Source: Gammaproteobacteria bacterium (lineage in GTDB: Bacteria > Pseudomonadota > Gammaproteobacteria > Poriferisulfidales > Poriferisulfidaceae). Taken from it: a stretch of DNA of 62,014 bases. The DNA is taken from NCBI GenBank assembly GCA_026713705.1, contig JAPONY010000051.1:1-62014 (forward strand), written 5' to 3'. Positions 24,036 through 35,130 of this stretch are shown here, one piece after another; position 1 is the first letter of the stretch, and each line of letters starts with the position of its first letter. The position numbers and the translations under genes are program-made. Under the pieces are notes generated by a model, which saw only the letters and a list, made by a program, of their open reading frames with translations, had not been told where the DNA came from and did no database searches.

Positions 24036-25127
24036 TCAGTGCGGAAATGGCCAAGTTCGCAGTTTCTGCTTGGCCGTCAGCCACAGCGCGGCCAGTCCAC
24101 CCGGTTCGCGAATCAGCAACGCGATAATCAGGATGCCATATAAGATCTTGGCGACGTTGTCCACCACCGCAGTGTCGAATGCCCCGCCTAACAGGTAGTC
24201 GCCTGCCCAGGAAAAGAGGATCGGGAACTCGTACACCAGGACAGTGCCGTAGAACGACCCGGCGATCGAGCCGAGCCCGCCGATAATCACCATGAACAGG
24301 ATCTCGAACGAGCGGTTCATCTCGAAGGTGCGAATCCCAAGCACCTGCAGGTAGGCGTAGCAGAACAGCGCTCCGCCCACGCCGCAATAGAAGCAACTGA
24401 CGAAGAACGCCAGCATCTTGGTGCGTATCACAGGGATGCCGATCACGCTGGCTGCGATGTCCATGTCGCGGACCGCCATGAAATTTCGTCCGGTCGAACT
24501 TCGCATAAGGTTCTTGGCAAATAGCGCGAGTGCGCAGACAATCCCGAGGGACAGCAGGTATTTGGCCTCAAAGCTAGCCATATCCACGCCGAAGGCATCC
24601 CCGATCCCGAAGAGGTCGAAGTGATGATCCGGCAGGGTGACCGTGGCCGTCGCATAGTTCAGGAAGTACGGGTAGGAGCGGAAGAACCACAGCGCGAAAT
24701 ATTGCGCCGCCAGCGTCGACACCAGCAGATAGAAGCCTTTAATCCGGATGCTGGGTAGGCCGAAAATGACGCCGATCACGCCGGTCACCGAACCTGCCAA
24801 CACCATTGCCAGCGGCAGATTCATCCATTCCGGGCTGCGCAGCATGATGTTGAACGTAAAGAATGCGCCAAAGCACATGAAGCCCGCCGTGCCGAGCGAC
24901 AACTGCCCGGTCATGCCGGTGAGGAGGTTCAGGCCGAGTGCGGCACAGCCGTAGGCCAGGATCGGGATCAGGTGGGCAGCCAGCCAATAGTCGCTGGCGA
25001 TAAGGGGCACGACGAATACCATGAACAACAGGAACACGCCCATCGCCCATTTGTCGAAAGGAATCGGGAAGAGTTTCCGATCCTCGATATAGCTGGTGCT
25101 GAATGTGCCGGTTTCGCGATAAATCAT
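24036..25127 (-). CDS. LivM-type ABC permease
   Basis: GLNLLTGMTGQLSLG, RIKGFYL and MVIIGGLGS motifs. Confidence 0.92.
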   Translation of the reverse strand: MIYRETGTFSTSYIEDRKLFPIPFDKWAMGVFLLFMVFVVPLIASDYWLAAHLIPILAYGCAALGLNLLTGMTGQLSLGTAGFMCFGAFFTFNIMLRSPEWMNLPLAMVLAGSVTGVIGVIFGLPSIRIKGFYLLVSTLAAQYFALWFFRSYPYFLNYATATVTLPDHHFDLFGIGDAFGVDMASFEAKYLLSLGIVCALALFAKNLMRSSTGRNFMAVRDMDIAASVIGIPVIRTKMLAFFVSCFYCGVGGALFCYAYLQVLGIRTFEMNRSFEILFMVIIGGLGSIAGSFYGTVLVYEFPILFSWAGDYLLGGAFDTAVVDNVAKILYGILIIALLIREPGGLAALWLTAKQKLRTWPFPH

Positions 25128-25129
25128 GG

Positions 25130-26071
25130 CTAAACTCTCTCGATGGCTTTCAGCCCGAACAGCCCGGAAGGTTTAAACAGTAGGAAAACCAAGGCGATGA
25201 AGTAGGAGAACCAGGTCTCGATGCCTTGCACGCCCATCAAGTCGCCCAGATAAATCTCACCCATTTTTTCACCGACCCCAATGATCAGGCCGCCGACAAT
25301 GGCGCCAGGAATCGAGGTCAGGCCCCCGATCAGGATTACCGGCAACGCCTTGAGTACCGCCTCCACCAGCGTGAACGACACGCTAACCCGCTCGGCCCAC
25401 AGCAGACCCGCGATCAGCGCGATGATGCCGGTCACGGCCCACACCAGTGCCCACACCCGGGACAGCGGGATACCGACCGCCATGGCCGCCAAGTGGTCGT
25501 CGGAGACGGCGCGCAGCGACATCCCGGTTCGGGTCTTCTGGAAAAAGACTGCCAGTACCAGAATCATGGTGCCGGCCACAATCGTGGCAAAGACATCGAA
25601 TTTGGAGATCAGAATGTCCAGCCAATCAATGTAGTCGACGACGAAAACCGTCATATTGACTGGATCCAGCAGGGCCAGATCCAAGAAGTCTGCCAGCTGC
25701 AGGCCATGAATGGCGGAATCCCAGATATATTGGGACATGCCCTCGATCAAGATCGCCAGGCCGACCGTTGCCATGAACAGCGATAGCAAAGACTGGTTGG
25801 CCAGCGGGCGCATCATGAACCGCTCGACGAGAATCCCGAACACCACCATGGTGGCCATCGTGACGGCTAGCGCCACCCAGAAGTTCACGCTGCCCTCGGT
25901 CAGCTTCACGAAAGTCAACGCCGCAAACAGCAGCATGGTGCCCTGCGCGAAGTTGAAGATCCCGGAGGACTTGTAGATCAACACAAAGCCGATCGCCACC
26001 AGCGAGTACATGACGCCGGACATCAGCCCGCCGACAATCAGCTCGATGAAAAAGACCCAGTCGAAATCCAT
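25130..26071 (-). CDS. LivH-type ABC permease
   Basis: YSLVAIGFVLIYKSSGIFNFAQG and PSGLFG motifs. Confidence 0.92.
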   Translation of the reverse strand: MDFDWVFFIELIVGGLMSGVMYSLVAIGFVLIYKSSGIFNFAQGTMLLFAALTFVKLTEGSVNFWVALAVTMATMVVFGILVERFMMRPLANQSLLSLFMATVGLAILIEGMSQYIWDSAIHGLQLADFLDLALLDPVNMTVFVVDYIDWLDILISKFDVFATIVAGTMILVLAVFFQKTRTGMSLRAVSDDHLAAMAVGIPLSRVWALVWAVTGIIALIAGLLWAERVSVSFTLVEAVLKALPVILIGGLTSIPGAIVGGLIIGVGEKMGEIYLGDLMGVQGIETWFSYFIALVFLLFKPSGLFGLKAIERV

Positions 26072-26081
26072 GCTCGTTCCC

Positions 26082-26858
26082 TCAGTGCGTCACGCCCAGA
26101 TAGGCATCGATGACTTCCTGGTTGTTCTTGACCTCATCCGGAGTGCCGTCCCCGATTTTCGCGCCATAGTCCAGCACCACCACATGATCGGAAATATCCA
26201 TCACCACGCTCATGTCGTGCTCGATCAGCACAATGGTGGTCCCGTACTCGCGATTGATCTCAAGCGCGAAGCAGGACATGTCTTTCTTCTCTTCCAGATT
26301 CATGCCGGTCATCGGTTCGTCCTGCAGTAGCAAGGTCGGTTCGGCCACCAAGGCCCGGGCCAACTCAACGCGTTTCTGCAGGCCGTACGGCAACTTGCCG
26401 ACCGGTGTCTTCCGGATGCTCTGCAGGTGCAGGAATTCGATGACTTCCTCAACTAGTGCGCGGTTTTCCACTTCTTCGCGCCGGGCGCGGCCGATGTTGA
26501 GGCCCTGTTCGATCCAGGTCGAACGGATCTTCAGGCTGCGGCCAGTCAGAATGTTCTCCAATACGGTCATGCCTTGGAAAAGCCCGATGTTCTGGAATGT
26601 TCGCGCCATGCCCAATTTGGCAATCTGCCTGGGTCGCATCTGGGTGCAGTCTTGCCCCCTGAAGATGACTCGGCCTGACTGCGGAACGTAGACGCCGTTG
26701 ATGACGTTCAGCATGGAACTCTTGCCAGCGCCATTGGGGCCGATGACCGCACAGATCTCGCCTTCCGCCACATCGAAACTGATGCCGTTCAGCGCGGTTA
26801 CACCGCCGAACGCCAGATTAATGTCATCAATTTGCAGGATCGAATTTCCAGAAGCCAT
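26082..26858 (-). CDS. LivG-type ABC ATPase
   Basis: GPNGAGKS, RTFQN, LPYGLQKRVELARAL and EHDM motifs. Confidence 0.93.
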   Translation of the reverse strand: MASGNSILQIDDINLAFGGVTALNGISFDVAEGEICAVIGPNGAGKSSMLNVINGVYVPQSGRVIFRGQDCTQMRPRQIAKLGMARTFQNIGLFQGMTVLENILTGRSLKIRSTWIEQGLNIGRARREEVENRALVEEVIEFLHLQSIRKTPVGKLPYGLQKRVELARALVAEPTLLLQDEPMTGMNLEEKKDMSCFALEINREYGTTIVLIEHDMSVVMDISDHVVVLDYGAKIGDGTPDEVKNNQEVIDAYLGVTH

Positions 26859-26859
26859 T

Positions 26860-28716
26860 TCAAACGTTCCCCAAGGGCACGGTGTAGGGTTCCTCGTCCA
26901 CCGGATCAGTATAAGTGTACTCTAACGCGTCGCTGTACAGCGCGTTGATCAGACCCCGGTGCTTCTCCTCTACTTCATGGCAGCGTACCTTCCGGGTCGG
27001 CGTCACTTCGCCGGCCGAGGCCATGAATTCACGGTTCAGGACAGCGAAGCGGCGTAATTGCATGCCGGAGGTTTCCGGGTCTTCCGCGAGGCGCTCATTC
27101 ACTGTCTGGATATATTCGCGCACCAATTCCTGCACTGAAGCGTGAGCCGACAGGTCGGCGTAGCCCGTATAACGCAAACTGCGCCGGTCCGCCCAGGTGC
27201 GGGTAATCGTGCCGTCAACCGTCACGATGGTGACCGGATAATCCCGGCCTTCCCCGACGACAATCGCCTGCTTGATGTATTCAAAGGAGCGCAGGAGGGT
27301 TTCCAACATATCCGGCGCAAACGCACCGCCATCGCCCAGCTTGCCCGTGCGGGCGATCTGCCCGTGCACATGGAGGCGCCCCTGATCGTCCAGATGGCCG
27401 GCGTCATGAGTCCGCACCCAGCCGTCCTTGATGCTGTCGGCCGTTGCCTCGGGGTTCTTGTAGATTCCTTTCATCTGGCCCGGCCCGCGGAACCAGATCT
27501 CGCCATCTTCAATGCGCACTTCCGTGTCATCGAGCGGCTGACCGACCGAATCTGAATTCCAGTCTTCGGACGATTGCAGAGTCACGCAGGCGCAGCCTTC
27601 AACCTGTCCGTACGTCTCACGCAGGTCAATGCCGATCGCCCGGAAGAAGTTGAATACCTCCGGCGAGATTGCGTCGCCGCCGGTCAGCGCCAGGCGCAGG
27701 CGGCTCAGGCCGTAGATGTTGCAGAACGGGCTGAACGTGGTGGCGCGTGCGAACATGAAGCGCAACCAGTCGGTGAAAGTGGCTTTACCCCCTTCGGCCC
27801 GATGGGAAGCGACCGTCATCACAGCTTGCAGGGCCGCCTTGTAGATCTTGGTGTCGAACGTCTTGGCGCTTTCGATCCGGTTGGAGGCGTGGGTATAGAT
27901 GTACTTGTAGACGTAGGGCGGCCCGAACAGGATGGTGGGGCCGATTTCCTGCATGTTTTCCAGTACCGTGTCGTCACTCTCCGGGCAGTTCATGGTGCAA
28001 CCGGTCACCATGGACAGAGAAAAGGAAAACAGGAAGTCGCTGGAGACCGACAATGGCAGGTACGCCAGCAGGCTGTCCTTCTTGGTGATCCTTTCACGCC
28101 GTGCAATGCTGCGGGCCGTGGAAATCAAGGCGCCATGCGACAATTCGACCGGACGTTCCGCCCGGCCAGTCCCGGACGTGAGCAGGATGGTTGCGGTCTC
28201 ACCCGGGTCCCGCTGTCCTTCCATCTGTTCCAGGAATGCGGTTGAAGCCTCAATCCCTTCCAGACTCTCCGGAAACGACATCAGTTCCGGCTGAGCGTAG
28301 TTCTCCATGCCCCGCCGATTGATGTATAAAATTCTCTTCACACAAGTCTGCCCACACTCCAGCAAGGCATCCACATGCTGCTGCTCGAATGAGAGGATGT
28401 GTTCAACGTCGGAACTGTGGACCTGCCGCTTGAGATCCTCGCCGAACAGGTTCGAGTCGATCGGCACCACGATCCCCCCGAGGCTGTGCACCGCGAGGTA
28501 GGTCAGATACATTTCGGTGCGGTTAGGGCCGAAGACCCCGAACGGGGTTCCTGCCCCGACGCCCTGCTGGCTCAGCATCTGGGCCAAAACGGAAACTTGG
28601 TCGCAAGCCTGCCCCCAAGTGGTCGTGTCCCAGATACCCAAGCACTTGGTGCGCAGGGCCGGGTGATCCGGATTCTTTCTTGCTTGCTCCAGCAATAGCG
28701 CGAGGAATGTATCCAT
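26860..28716 (-). CDS. Long-chain acyl-CoA synthetase-like AMP-binding protein with degenerate motifs
   Basis: FAA1-like architecture (TSG, LAYLPL, YGQ.E, TPTRKV), but the core adenylation motifs diverge. Confidence 0.8.
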   Translation of the reverse strand: MDTFLALLLEQARKNPDHPALRTKCLGIWDTTTWGQACDQVSVLAQMLSQQGVGAGTPFGVFGPNRTEMYLTYLAVHSLGGIVVPIDSNLFGEDLKRQVHSSDVEHILSFEQQHVDALLECGQTCVKRILYINRRGMENYAQPELMSFPESLEGIEASTAFLEQMEGQRDPGETATILLTSGTGRAERPVELSHGALISTARSIARRERITKKDSLLAYLPLSVSSDFLFSFSLSMVTGCTMNCPESDDTVLENMQEIGPTILFGPPYVYKYIYTHASNRIESAKTFDTKIYKAALQAVMTVASHRAEGGKATFTDWLRFMFARATTFSPFCNIYGLSRLRLALTGGDAISPEVFNFFRAIGIDLRETYGQVEGCACVTLQSSEDWNSDSVGQPLDDTEVRIEDGEIWFRGPGQMKGIYKNPEATADSIKDGWVRTHDAGHLDDQGRLHVHGQIARTGKLGDGGAFAPDMLETLLRSFEYIKQAIVVGEGRDYPVTIVTVDGTITRTWADRRSLRYTGYADLSAHASVQELVREYIQTVNERLAEDPETSGMQLRRFAVLNREFMASAGEVTPTRKVRCHEVEEKHRGLINALYSDALEYTYTDPVDEEPYTVPLGNV

Positions 28717-28776
28717 TAACTCCAGCCTTGTAGAAAGTTCGAGACAGGTGTCGTACTCATCTGCTTTCCGCGAATA

Positions 28777-28802
28777 TCCGCATGATGCGGAAACGCATTA
28801 TA
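28777..28802 (-). promoter_or_regulatory. -10 box plus palindromic operator candidate for the ABC operon
   Basis: Minus-strand TATAAT at 28797-28802, followed by the palindrome TCCGCAT-G-ATGCGGA at 28777-28791. Confidence 0.5.
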
Positions 28803-28854
28803 CCTAATGTTGAGTATGGCCCATCTAGGGGGATTTGAGGGAAACACCCCAACA

Positions 28855-29316
28855 TCACCGGCGCTCCCGGAAGAACTCCCGAAGCAATTCTCCGCACTGC
28901 GCCGCGCGGACTCCCGAGGTCACCGAGAAATGATGATTCAGGAAAGTCAGCCCACCTGCATCATATGCCCCTCCGAGGCAACCCGCCTTGGGATCTGCGG
29001 CACCAAAGACCAACCGTTCCACGCGCGCCGCGACCGCCGCGCCGACGCACATCAGGCAAGGTTCAAGCGTCACGTACAGGGTGGCGCCCGGCAAACGGTA
29101 GTTGCCGACCTTCCGTCCAGCCTCTCTCAGTGCGACGATTTCAGCGTGCGCACTGGGGTCGTTTCGCTCAATGCTGAGGTTGTGCCCGGTGCCGACCACG
29201 GAGCCTTCCAGCATCACCACCGCACCGACCGGCACTTCCCCGGCGTCGGCCGCCTGTCCCGCCAGTTCCAGGGCCCGGCCCATCATCTCTTCGTCGAGTG
29301 CGCCCGCTTCCGTCAC
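28855..29316 (-). CDS. tadA: tRNA adenosine(34) deaminase
   Basis: [11 protein letters not shown] and TLEPCLMC motifs; GTG start overlaps the guaA TGA. Confidence 0.95.
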   Translation of the reverse strand: MTEAGALDEEMMGRALELAGQAADAGEVPVGAVVMLEGSVVGTGHNLSIERNDPSAHAEIVALREAGRKVGNYRLPGATLYVTLEPCLMCVGAAVAARVERLVFGAADPKAGCLGGAYDAGGLTFLNHHFSVTSGVRAAQCGELLREFFRERR

Positions 29317-30872
29317 TCCCACTCCACGGTCGCAGGCGGCTTGCCGGAAATGTCGTAGCAGACCCGGGCGATGCCGTCGATCTCGTTGATGATGCGCCGT
29401 GCGCACCGATCCAGGAACTCGTCCGGCAAGCGCGCCCAGCGGGCAGTCATGAAGTCCTGCGTCTCCACCGCGCGCAGGGTCACCACGTAATCGTAGCGTC
29501 GGCCGTCGCCCATGACGCCAACCGCCCGCACCGGCAGGAACACCACGAACGCCTGCGCCACCTTGTCGTACAGATTCCAGGCGCGCAATTCCTCAATGAA
29601 GATATGGTCCGCCGCGCGCGCCAGTTCCACGTATTCGCCGCGCACCTCGCCCAGGACGCGGACGCCCAAGCCTGGCCCCGGGAATGGGTGGCGGCCGATC
29701 AGTTCCTGCGGCAGGCCCAGCGCCCGGCCGACCCGGCGCACTTCGTCCTTGAACAGTTCACGCAGAGGTTCGACCAGTTTCAGGTGCAGCGTTTCCGGCA
29801 GGCCGCCCACATTGTGGTGCGACTTGATCAGGTGCGCCTTGCCGGTCGCGGCGGCCGCGGACTCGATGACGTCCGGATAGATGGTGCCCTGGGCCAGCCA
29901 GCGCACGTTCGTCAGCTGTTCGGCCTGCTCCTGGAACACGTGTATGAATTCGCGCCCGATCACTTTCCGCTTGTCCTCCGGGTCTGTCACCCCGATCAGG
30001 GCGGACAGGAATCGCTCCCGGGCATCCACCTGGATCATCTGTATGCCTGGATGCTCGGCGAAGGCCTCGCGCACCTGTTCCGCCTCGCCGGCCCGAAGCA
30101 GGCCGTTGTCCACAAAAACGCAGGTCAGCTGTTCTCCGATGGCCCGCGCCAGCAGGGCCGCCACCACCGACGAGTCGACGCCTCCGGACAGCGCCAGCAC
30201 CACGCCGTCTTCCCCCACCTGCGCACGTACCGCCTCGATGCGGTCCTCGATGATCGCACTGGCCTCCCACAGGCCTTGACAGCCGCAGTACTGCCGCACG
30301 AAGCATTCGATCAACCGCTGCCCGCCCGGGGTATGCGTCACTTCCGGGTGGAACTGCAAGCCGAACCAGGGGCGCGACTCGTGCGCGAGCGCCGCGATCG
30401 GGACGCTCTCGGTGGATGCCACTACTCGGAACCCTTCCGGCACCGTGTCCACATGGTCGCCATGCGACATCCACACCTCGGCTTCCGGGCCCTCGCCCAG
30501 CGCCTCTATTAAAGGGTGTGATCCGTCGCGGCGCAGGGTGGCCAGGCCGAACTCCCTGCGTTGCCCGGCATGCACCTCGGCGCCATGCCGGCGGGCCAGC
30601 GCCTGCATGCCGTAGCAAATCCCGAGTACCGGAACGTCCAGGTCGAGCACCGCGTCCGGCACGGGCGGATGGGTCTCGTCGGTGGTGGTCTCAGGCCCCC
30701 CCGACAGGATCACGCCGCGGGGATCGAAGTCCCGGATTTGTTCCCCGGACGCGTCGCAGGCGTATATCTCGCAGTAGCAGCCGGCTTCGCGCACCCGGCG
30801 TGCGATTAATTGAGCATATTGCGAGCCGAAGTCCAGTACTAGGATTCGCTCGGAATGGATGTCCGCGGTCAC
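29313..30872 (-). CDS. guaA: GMP synthase
   Basis: LDFGSQY, GICYGMQ, QFHPE, SGGVDS and KPPATVEWE motifs. Confidence 0.98.
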   Translation of the reverse strand: MTADIHSERILVLDFGSQYAQLIARRVREAGCYCEIYACDASGEQIRDFDPRGVILSGGPETTTDETHPPVPDAVLDLDVPVLGICYGMQALARRHGAEVHAGQRREFGLATLRRDGSHPLIEALGEGPEAEVWMSHGDHVDTVPEGFRVVASTESVPIAALAHESRPWFGLQFHPEVTHTPGGQRLIECFVRQYCGCQGLWEASAIIEDRIEAVRAQVGEDGVVLALSGGVDSSVVAALLARAIGEQLTCVFVDNGLLRAGEAEQVREAFAEHPGIQMIQVDARERFLSALIGVTDPEDKRKVIGREFIHVFQEQAEQLTNVRWLAQGTIYPDVIESAAAATGKAHLIKSHHNVGGLPETLHLKLVEPLRELFKDEVRRVGRALGLPQELIGRHPFPGPGLGVRVLGEVRGEYVELARAADHIFIEELRAWNLYDKVAQAFVVFLPVRAVGVMGDGRRYDYVVTLRAVETQDFMTARWARLPDEFLDRCARRIINEIDGIARVCYDISGKPPATVEWE

Positions 30873-30875
30873 CGA

Positions 30876-32342
30876 TTAGATCTCGGTCCGGTAGTTGGGT
30901 GCCTCTTTGGTGATCAGCACGTCATGCGCGTGGCCTTCCCGCAGGCCTGCGAGCGTCACCCGGATCAGCCGGGCGTGACTGTGCAGTTCGCCCAGGGTGC
31001 GGGCGCCCACGTAGCCCATTCCGGAACGTACGCCGCCGATCAGTTGATGGAGTACATCGGACAGCGGCCCCTTGTAGGGGACTCGTCCCTCGATTCCTTC
31101 CGGCACCAGTTTCGAGGCTTCCCGCTCCTCGCCCTGGAAGTACCGTTCCCGGGAACCGTGCTGCATGGCGCCAAGCGACCCCATGCCGCGGTAGAGCTTG
31201 TACGACCGGCCCTGATAGAGTTCCACCTCGCCAGGCGCTTCGCTCGTGCCGGCGAGCAGGCTGCCGACCATCACGGTCGAGGCCCCGGCCGCCAGCGCCT
31301 TGACCGCATCGCCAGAATAGCGGATACCGCCATCCGCAATCACGGGAATCTCCCGATCCTTCAGGGCCGCGCAGGCGTCGCCGATGGCGGTGATCTGGGG
31401 CACTCCGACCCCGGCCACCACCCGCGTGGTGCAGATCGAACCGGGTCCGACTCCGACTTTGACCGCACTCGCCCCGGCATCCGCCAGCGCCAAAGCGCCC
31501 TCCTTGGTCGCGACATTGCCTGCGATCAGCTCCAGATTCGGGTGGGTGGCACGGATCTCCCGCACCCGCTGCAGCACCCCTTCCGCGTGTCCGTGCGCGC
31601 TGTCCAGCGTCACCACGTCCGCACCGGCCTCAACCAGCGCCTCCACGCGTTCCATGCCTCCCGCCTCGGCGCCCACCGCACCGCCGACCCGCAGCCGGCC
31701 CTGCTCGTCCTTGCAGGAGTTCGGGTAGTCGGTTGACTTCTGGATGTCCTTGACGGTCACCATCCCGCGCAGGTGGAAGTCCGGGTCCACGATCAGGAGC
31801 TTCTCGATGCGGTGTTCCCGCAGCAGTTCCTGGACAACCTCGAGGCTAGTCCCCTCCGGCGCCGTGACCAGGCGATCCTTCGGCGTCATGATGGTGCTCA
31901 CCGGTTGATCGAAGTGCGTCTCGAAACGCAGGTCGCGGTGCGTGACGATTCCGACCAGGTCCTCGCCGTCCACCACCGGCACGCCGGAGATGTTGTGCGC
32001 GCGGGTCAACTCCATCACCTCGCCCACGCTGGCGCCCGGATGGATGGTCAAGGGCTCGCGGATCACGCCGCTTTCGAATTTCTTGACCCGTCGCACCTGT
32101 TTGGCCTGTTCGTCGACGCCCTGATTCTTGTGCACCACGCCCAATCCGCCTTCCTGGGCCATCGCGATGGCGAGGTCCGCCTCGGTCACCGTATCCATGG
32201 CGGCCGAGATGAAAGGAATGCGGAGTTCGATGTTCGGGGTCAGCCGCGCCGTCAGCTCGACGTCCCGCGGCAAGACTTCTGAGTGGCCCGGCACCAGAAG
32301 CACATCATCAAATGTCAGCGCTTCTTCGATCGAGACGGCCAT
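30876..32342 (-). CDS. guaB: IMP dehydrogenase
   Basis: [11 protein letters not shown] pair, GPGSICTTR and YRGMGS motifs; start refined to MAVSIEE. Confidence 0.98.
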   Translation of the reverse strand: MAVSIEEALTFDDVLLVPGHSEVLPRDVELTARLTPNIELRIPFISAAMDTVTEADLAIAMAQEGGLGVVHKNQGVDEQAKQVRRVKKFESGVIREPLTIHPGASVGEVMELTRAHNISGVPVVDGEDLVGIVTHRDLRFETHFDQPVSTIMTPKDRLVTAPEGTSLEVVQELLREHRIEKLLIVDPDFHLRGMVTVKDIQKSTDYPNSCKDEQGRLRVGGAVGAEAGGMERVEALVEAGADVVTLDSAHGHAEGVLQRVREIRATHPNLELIAGNVATKEGALALADAGASAVKVGVGPGSICTTRVVAGVGVPQITAIGDACAALKDREIPVIADGGIRYSGDAVKALAAGASTVMVGSLLAGTSEAPGEVELYQGRSYKLYRGMGSLGAMQHGSRERYFQGEEREASKLVPEGIEGRVPYKGPLSDVLHQLIGGVRSGMGYVGARTLGELHSHARLIRVTLAGLREGHAHDVLITKEAPNYRTEI

Positions 32343-32410
32343 CAGGCTTCGGAGATATCTGAAATGTCCATACACTATCATAATGTATTGCCCTTAAAAA
32401 TTCAAAATTA

Positions 32411-33298
32411 ATGTCTCCTCCCCGGTCCTTTTCCGCTCTCCAAACCCGGCTCGAAATCTACGCCCGGCTGATCCGCCTGGACCGCCCGGTCGGCATCTGG
32501 CTGCTGTTGTGGCCGACCTTGTGGAGCCTGTGGCTGGTCTCCGGTGGCCTCCCCGCGACCCGCCTGCTGCTGATCTTCATTGCGGGGGTGATCCTGATGC
32601 GCTCGGCCGGATGCGCCATTAACGACTATGCGGACCGGGATCTGGACCGACAGGTCGACCGGACCCGCAACCGCCCACTGGCGCAAAAGGAGATTCCACC
32701 GCGCGAGGCGCTGTGGGTCACCGCCGCCCTGCTCGCCGGCGCGCTGGGGCTGGCCCTGATGCTGCCCCCGCTGACCCTGGCGCTGGCCGTGCCGGCTGCG
32801 CTGCTGGCCGCCACCTACCCGTTCGCCAAGCGCTGGCATCACCTGCCGCAACTGCATCTCGGCCTGAGCTTCGCCTGGGCCGTGCCGATGGCCATCAGCG
32901 CGTACACCGGAGGCTGGCCCGAAGCTTGGGGGTGGCTCGCGTTCATCGCCACCGTGCTGTGGGTCGTCGCCTACGACACGCTGTACGCGATGTCGGATCG
33001 GGAAGAAGACCTGGCGGCCGGCAATCGATCCACCGCCATCCTGTTCGGCTCCGCCGACCTCTTCATGGTGGGGCTGCTGCAGGGGCTATTCCTGCTGGCG
33101 CTGCTGCTGGTCGGAATTCGGCTCTCCCTGCCCCTCGCCTATTACGGAGGATTGGCGGCAGCCCTTACGCTGATCGCGAACCAGATGTGGCGGATCCGCG
33201 ACCGGAATCCGGAAGCCTGTTTCTGGGCCTTCAACAACAATGTCTGGGTCGGGGTGGCGGTCTGGGCAGGCATTGTTTCAGCAACATCCAGCCTATAG
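32411..33298 (+). CDS. ubiA: 4-hydroxybenzoate polyprenyltransferase
   Basis: RLDRPVGIWLLLWP, GCAINDYADRDLD and YDTLYAMSDREED motifs. Confidence 0.96.
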   Translation: MSPPRSFSALQTRLEIYARLIRLDRPVGIWLLLWPTLWSLWLVSGGLPATRLLLIFIAGVILMRSAGCAINDYADRDLDRQVDRTRNRPLAQKEIPPREALWVTAALLAGALGLALMLPPLTLALAVPAALLAATYPFAKRWHHLPQLHLGLSFAWAVPMAISAYTGGWPEAWGWLAFIATVLWVVAYDTLYAMSDREEDLAAGNRSTAILFGSADLFMVGLLQGLFLLALLLVGIRLSLPLAYYGGLAAALTLIANQMWRIRDRNPEACFWAFNNNVWVGVAVWAGIVSATSSL

Positions 33299-33390
33299 GA
33301 TGGAGAAAAAAGTAGTATGTAGACTGGAGTATTTGACAGCAACTAAAACTTGCTTTGAGAGCCAGGAGATTTCTCTCCGCAACTATTTAT

Positions 33391-34086
33391 TCAACATCTG
33401 TCCGTCCAAGCGTACAAGTTCCATAAGGGACCAATATAGTTATCATTACTTGGATACACCCTTTTTATTAGTTCTCGGATTTTTCTTACGTGTGATGCCT
33501 GCATAGTTTTAATCAGGTCAATCTGATCGTCATACCTATGTCCCAAGTCTGAGTGGTGTAGACGTAATTGTCTTGGCCCATGCCCTCCTGGGCCAGGTAT
33601 GTCATACAGGACTAATTCCATCGCCAGTTCACAAGACGCTTTACCAGTTTGAAGAAACTTGTTGACTTTTTTCGAGGAGGTCAGAGCTGGGAGAATTGGT
33701 TGCCGAGAGATTGAAGATTTGTGTTCTGTATTTTGCTGTTTGTGGATTTGACGCTTTTGATCTGCTAATTCTCGTTCACGGCGTTTTAATTCCTCTGTAC
33801 GGTGCCGCATCTCGGATTCCAGTTCTTGTTCACGTTTGCGGAGCAGCGTTTCTCGTTCATAGACTTGACGCTCTCTGCGTTCTAATTCTTGTTCACGGCG
33901 CTCCAAATCCTGCTCACGTTCGCGAAGCGTCTCTTCTTGCTCGCGGGTCTGACGTTCCTGTTCAGCTTGTTGACCAACTACGTCATCCAATATCCTCAAA
34001 ATAGTTCCCGCTTCACTTCCGACACTGATCTTCATTGGTAATAATGACATTACCAGCACTAAGAACAACGCAAATAGGGATTTCAT
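33391..34086 (-). CDS. Orphan secreted coiled-coil repeat protein
   Basis: Signal-peptide-like N-terminus from MKSLFALF; E/R/Q-rich heptads; AT-richer than its flanks. Confidence 0.65.
   Translation of the reverse strand: MKSLFALFLVLVMSLLPMKISVGSEAGTILRILDDVVGQQAEQERQTREQEETLREREQDLERREQELERRERQVYERETLLRKREQELESEMRHRTEELKRRERELADQKRQIHKQQNTEHKSSISRQPILPALTSSKKVNKFLQTGKASCELAMELVLYDIPGPGGHGPRQLRLHHSDLGHRYDDQIDLIKTMQASHVRKIRELIKRVYPSNDNYIGPLWNLYAWTDRC
33765..33900. repeat. Degenerate internal repeats encoding RRE(Q/R)EL heptads
   Basis: CTAATTCTCGTTCACGGCG (33765-33783) and CTAATTCTTGTTCACGGCG (33882-33900) match at 18/19; further partial copies lie between them. Confidence 0.7.
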
Positions 34087-34153
34087 CTCAGACAGAGATT
34101 CGAGTGATTTAATGCAAATTATAATGTCCCGTTCAAGCACTCAACTTACTTTC

Positions 34154-35122
34154 ATGTCCCTTACTCCTCGCCACGACTGGACTCTCGCCGAAGTCCACGA
34201 TCTTCTGAACCGCCCGTTCAGCGATCTGATCCATCAGGCGCAAACCATCCATCGTGCCTGCCACGACCCCAATCAGGTGCAGGTCAGCACCCTGCTGTCG
34301 ATCAAGACCGGGGGGTGCCCGGAAGACTGCGCCTATTGCCCGCAGAGCGCGCATTACCAGACCGGATTGGACCGCGAGAAGCTGCTGGACCTAGATGCGG
34401 TTCGGGAAGCCGCCCGCCACGCAGTAGAAAGCGGCGCGACCCGGTTCTGCATGGGGGCGGCCTGGCGCGCACCGACCGACCGCGACCTGGACGGCGTGGT
34501 GCAGATGATCGAGGTGGTTCGCGAACAGGGACTCGAGACCTGCGTGACGTTGGGAATGCTGAGTTCCGAACAGGCAAAACGACTCTCAGACTGCGGCCTG
34601 GACTACTACAACCACAACCTGGACACGTCGCCGGAGTTCTACGGCGAGATTATCACCACCCGGACCTACCGGGATCGACTGGAAACCTTGCAGCATGTCC
34701 GAGACGCCGGCATCCGGGTGTGCTGTGGCGGCATCCTCGGGATGGGCGAATCGCGGCAGGACCGCGCTGGCCTGCTGGTTCAGCTCGCCACCCAGGACCC
34801 GCATCCGGAATCGGTTCCGATCAACCTCCTGATCCGGGTTCCCGGCACCCCGCTGGGCGAAACAGAGGCGCTGGACCCGCTCGAGTTCGTACGCACCATC
34901 GCGGCGGCACGAATCACCATGCCCTATTCCATGGTCCGCCTCTCCGCAGGCCGCGAAGACATGACCGATGAGCTGCAGGCACTGTGCTTCGTGGCTGGCG
35001 CCAACTCCATCTTCTACGGCGAAATCCTGCTGACCACGCCCAACCCCGACACCGCTCGCGATCAGGCGCTGTTTTCCCGCCTGGGCCTGACCGCACAACC
35101 CAACTCCTCTCCGGCTTCCTGA
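34154..35122 (+). CDS. bioB: Biotin synthase
   Basis: [30 protein letters not shown] and GANSIFYG motifs; start refined. Confidence 0.97.
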   Translation: MSLTPRHDWTLAEVHDLLNRPFSDLIHQAQTIHRACHDPNQVQVSTLLSIKTGGCPEDCAYCPQSAHYQTGLDREKLLDLDAVREAARHAVESGATRFCMGAAWRAPTDRDLDGVVQMIEVVREQGLETCVTLGMLSSEQAKRLSDCGLDYYNHNLDTSPEFYGEIITTRTYRDRLETLQHVRDAGIRVCCGGILGMGESRQDRAGLLVQLATQDPHPESVPINLLIRVPGTPLGETEALDPLEFVRTIAAARITMPYSMVRLSAGREDMTDELQALCFVAGANSIFYGEILLTTPNPDTARDQALFSRLGLTAQPNSSPAS

Positions 35123-35130
35123 GCCCTCCC

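Noticed and set aside
29298-31736. Long plus-strand ORFs (404 aa, 293 aa) opposite guaA/guaB, and similar ones opposite ilvC, ilvI, algC and the RND gene
   Set aside because: Antisense or alternative-frame shadows typical of GC-rich coding DNA; no motifs.
33765-33930. Spaced repeats considered as a CRISPR array
   Set aside because: Short, degenerate, in frame within a coiled-coil CDS; no cas genes. No CRISPR array was seen anywhere in the window.
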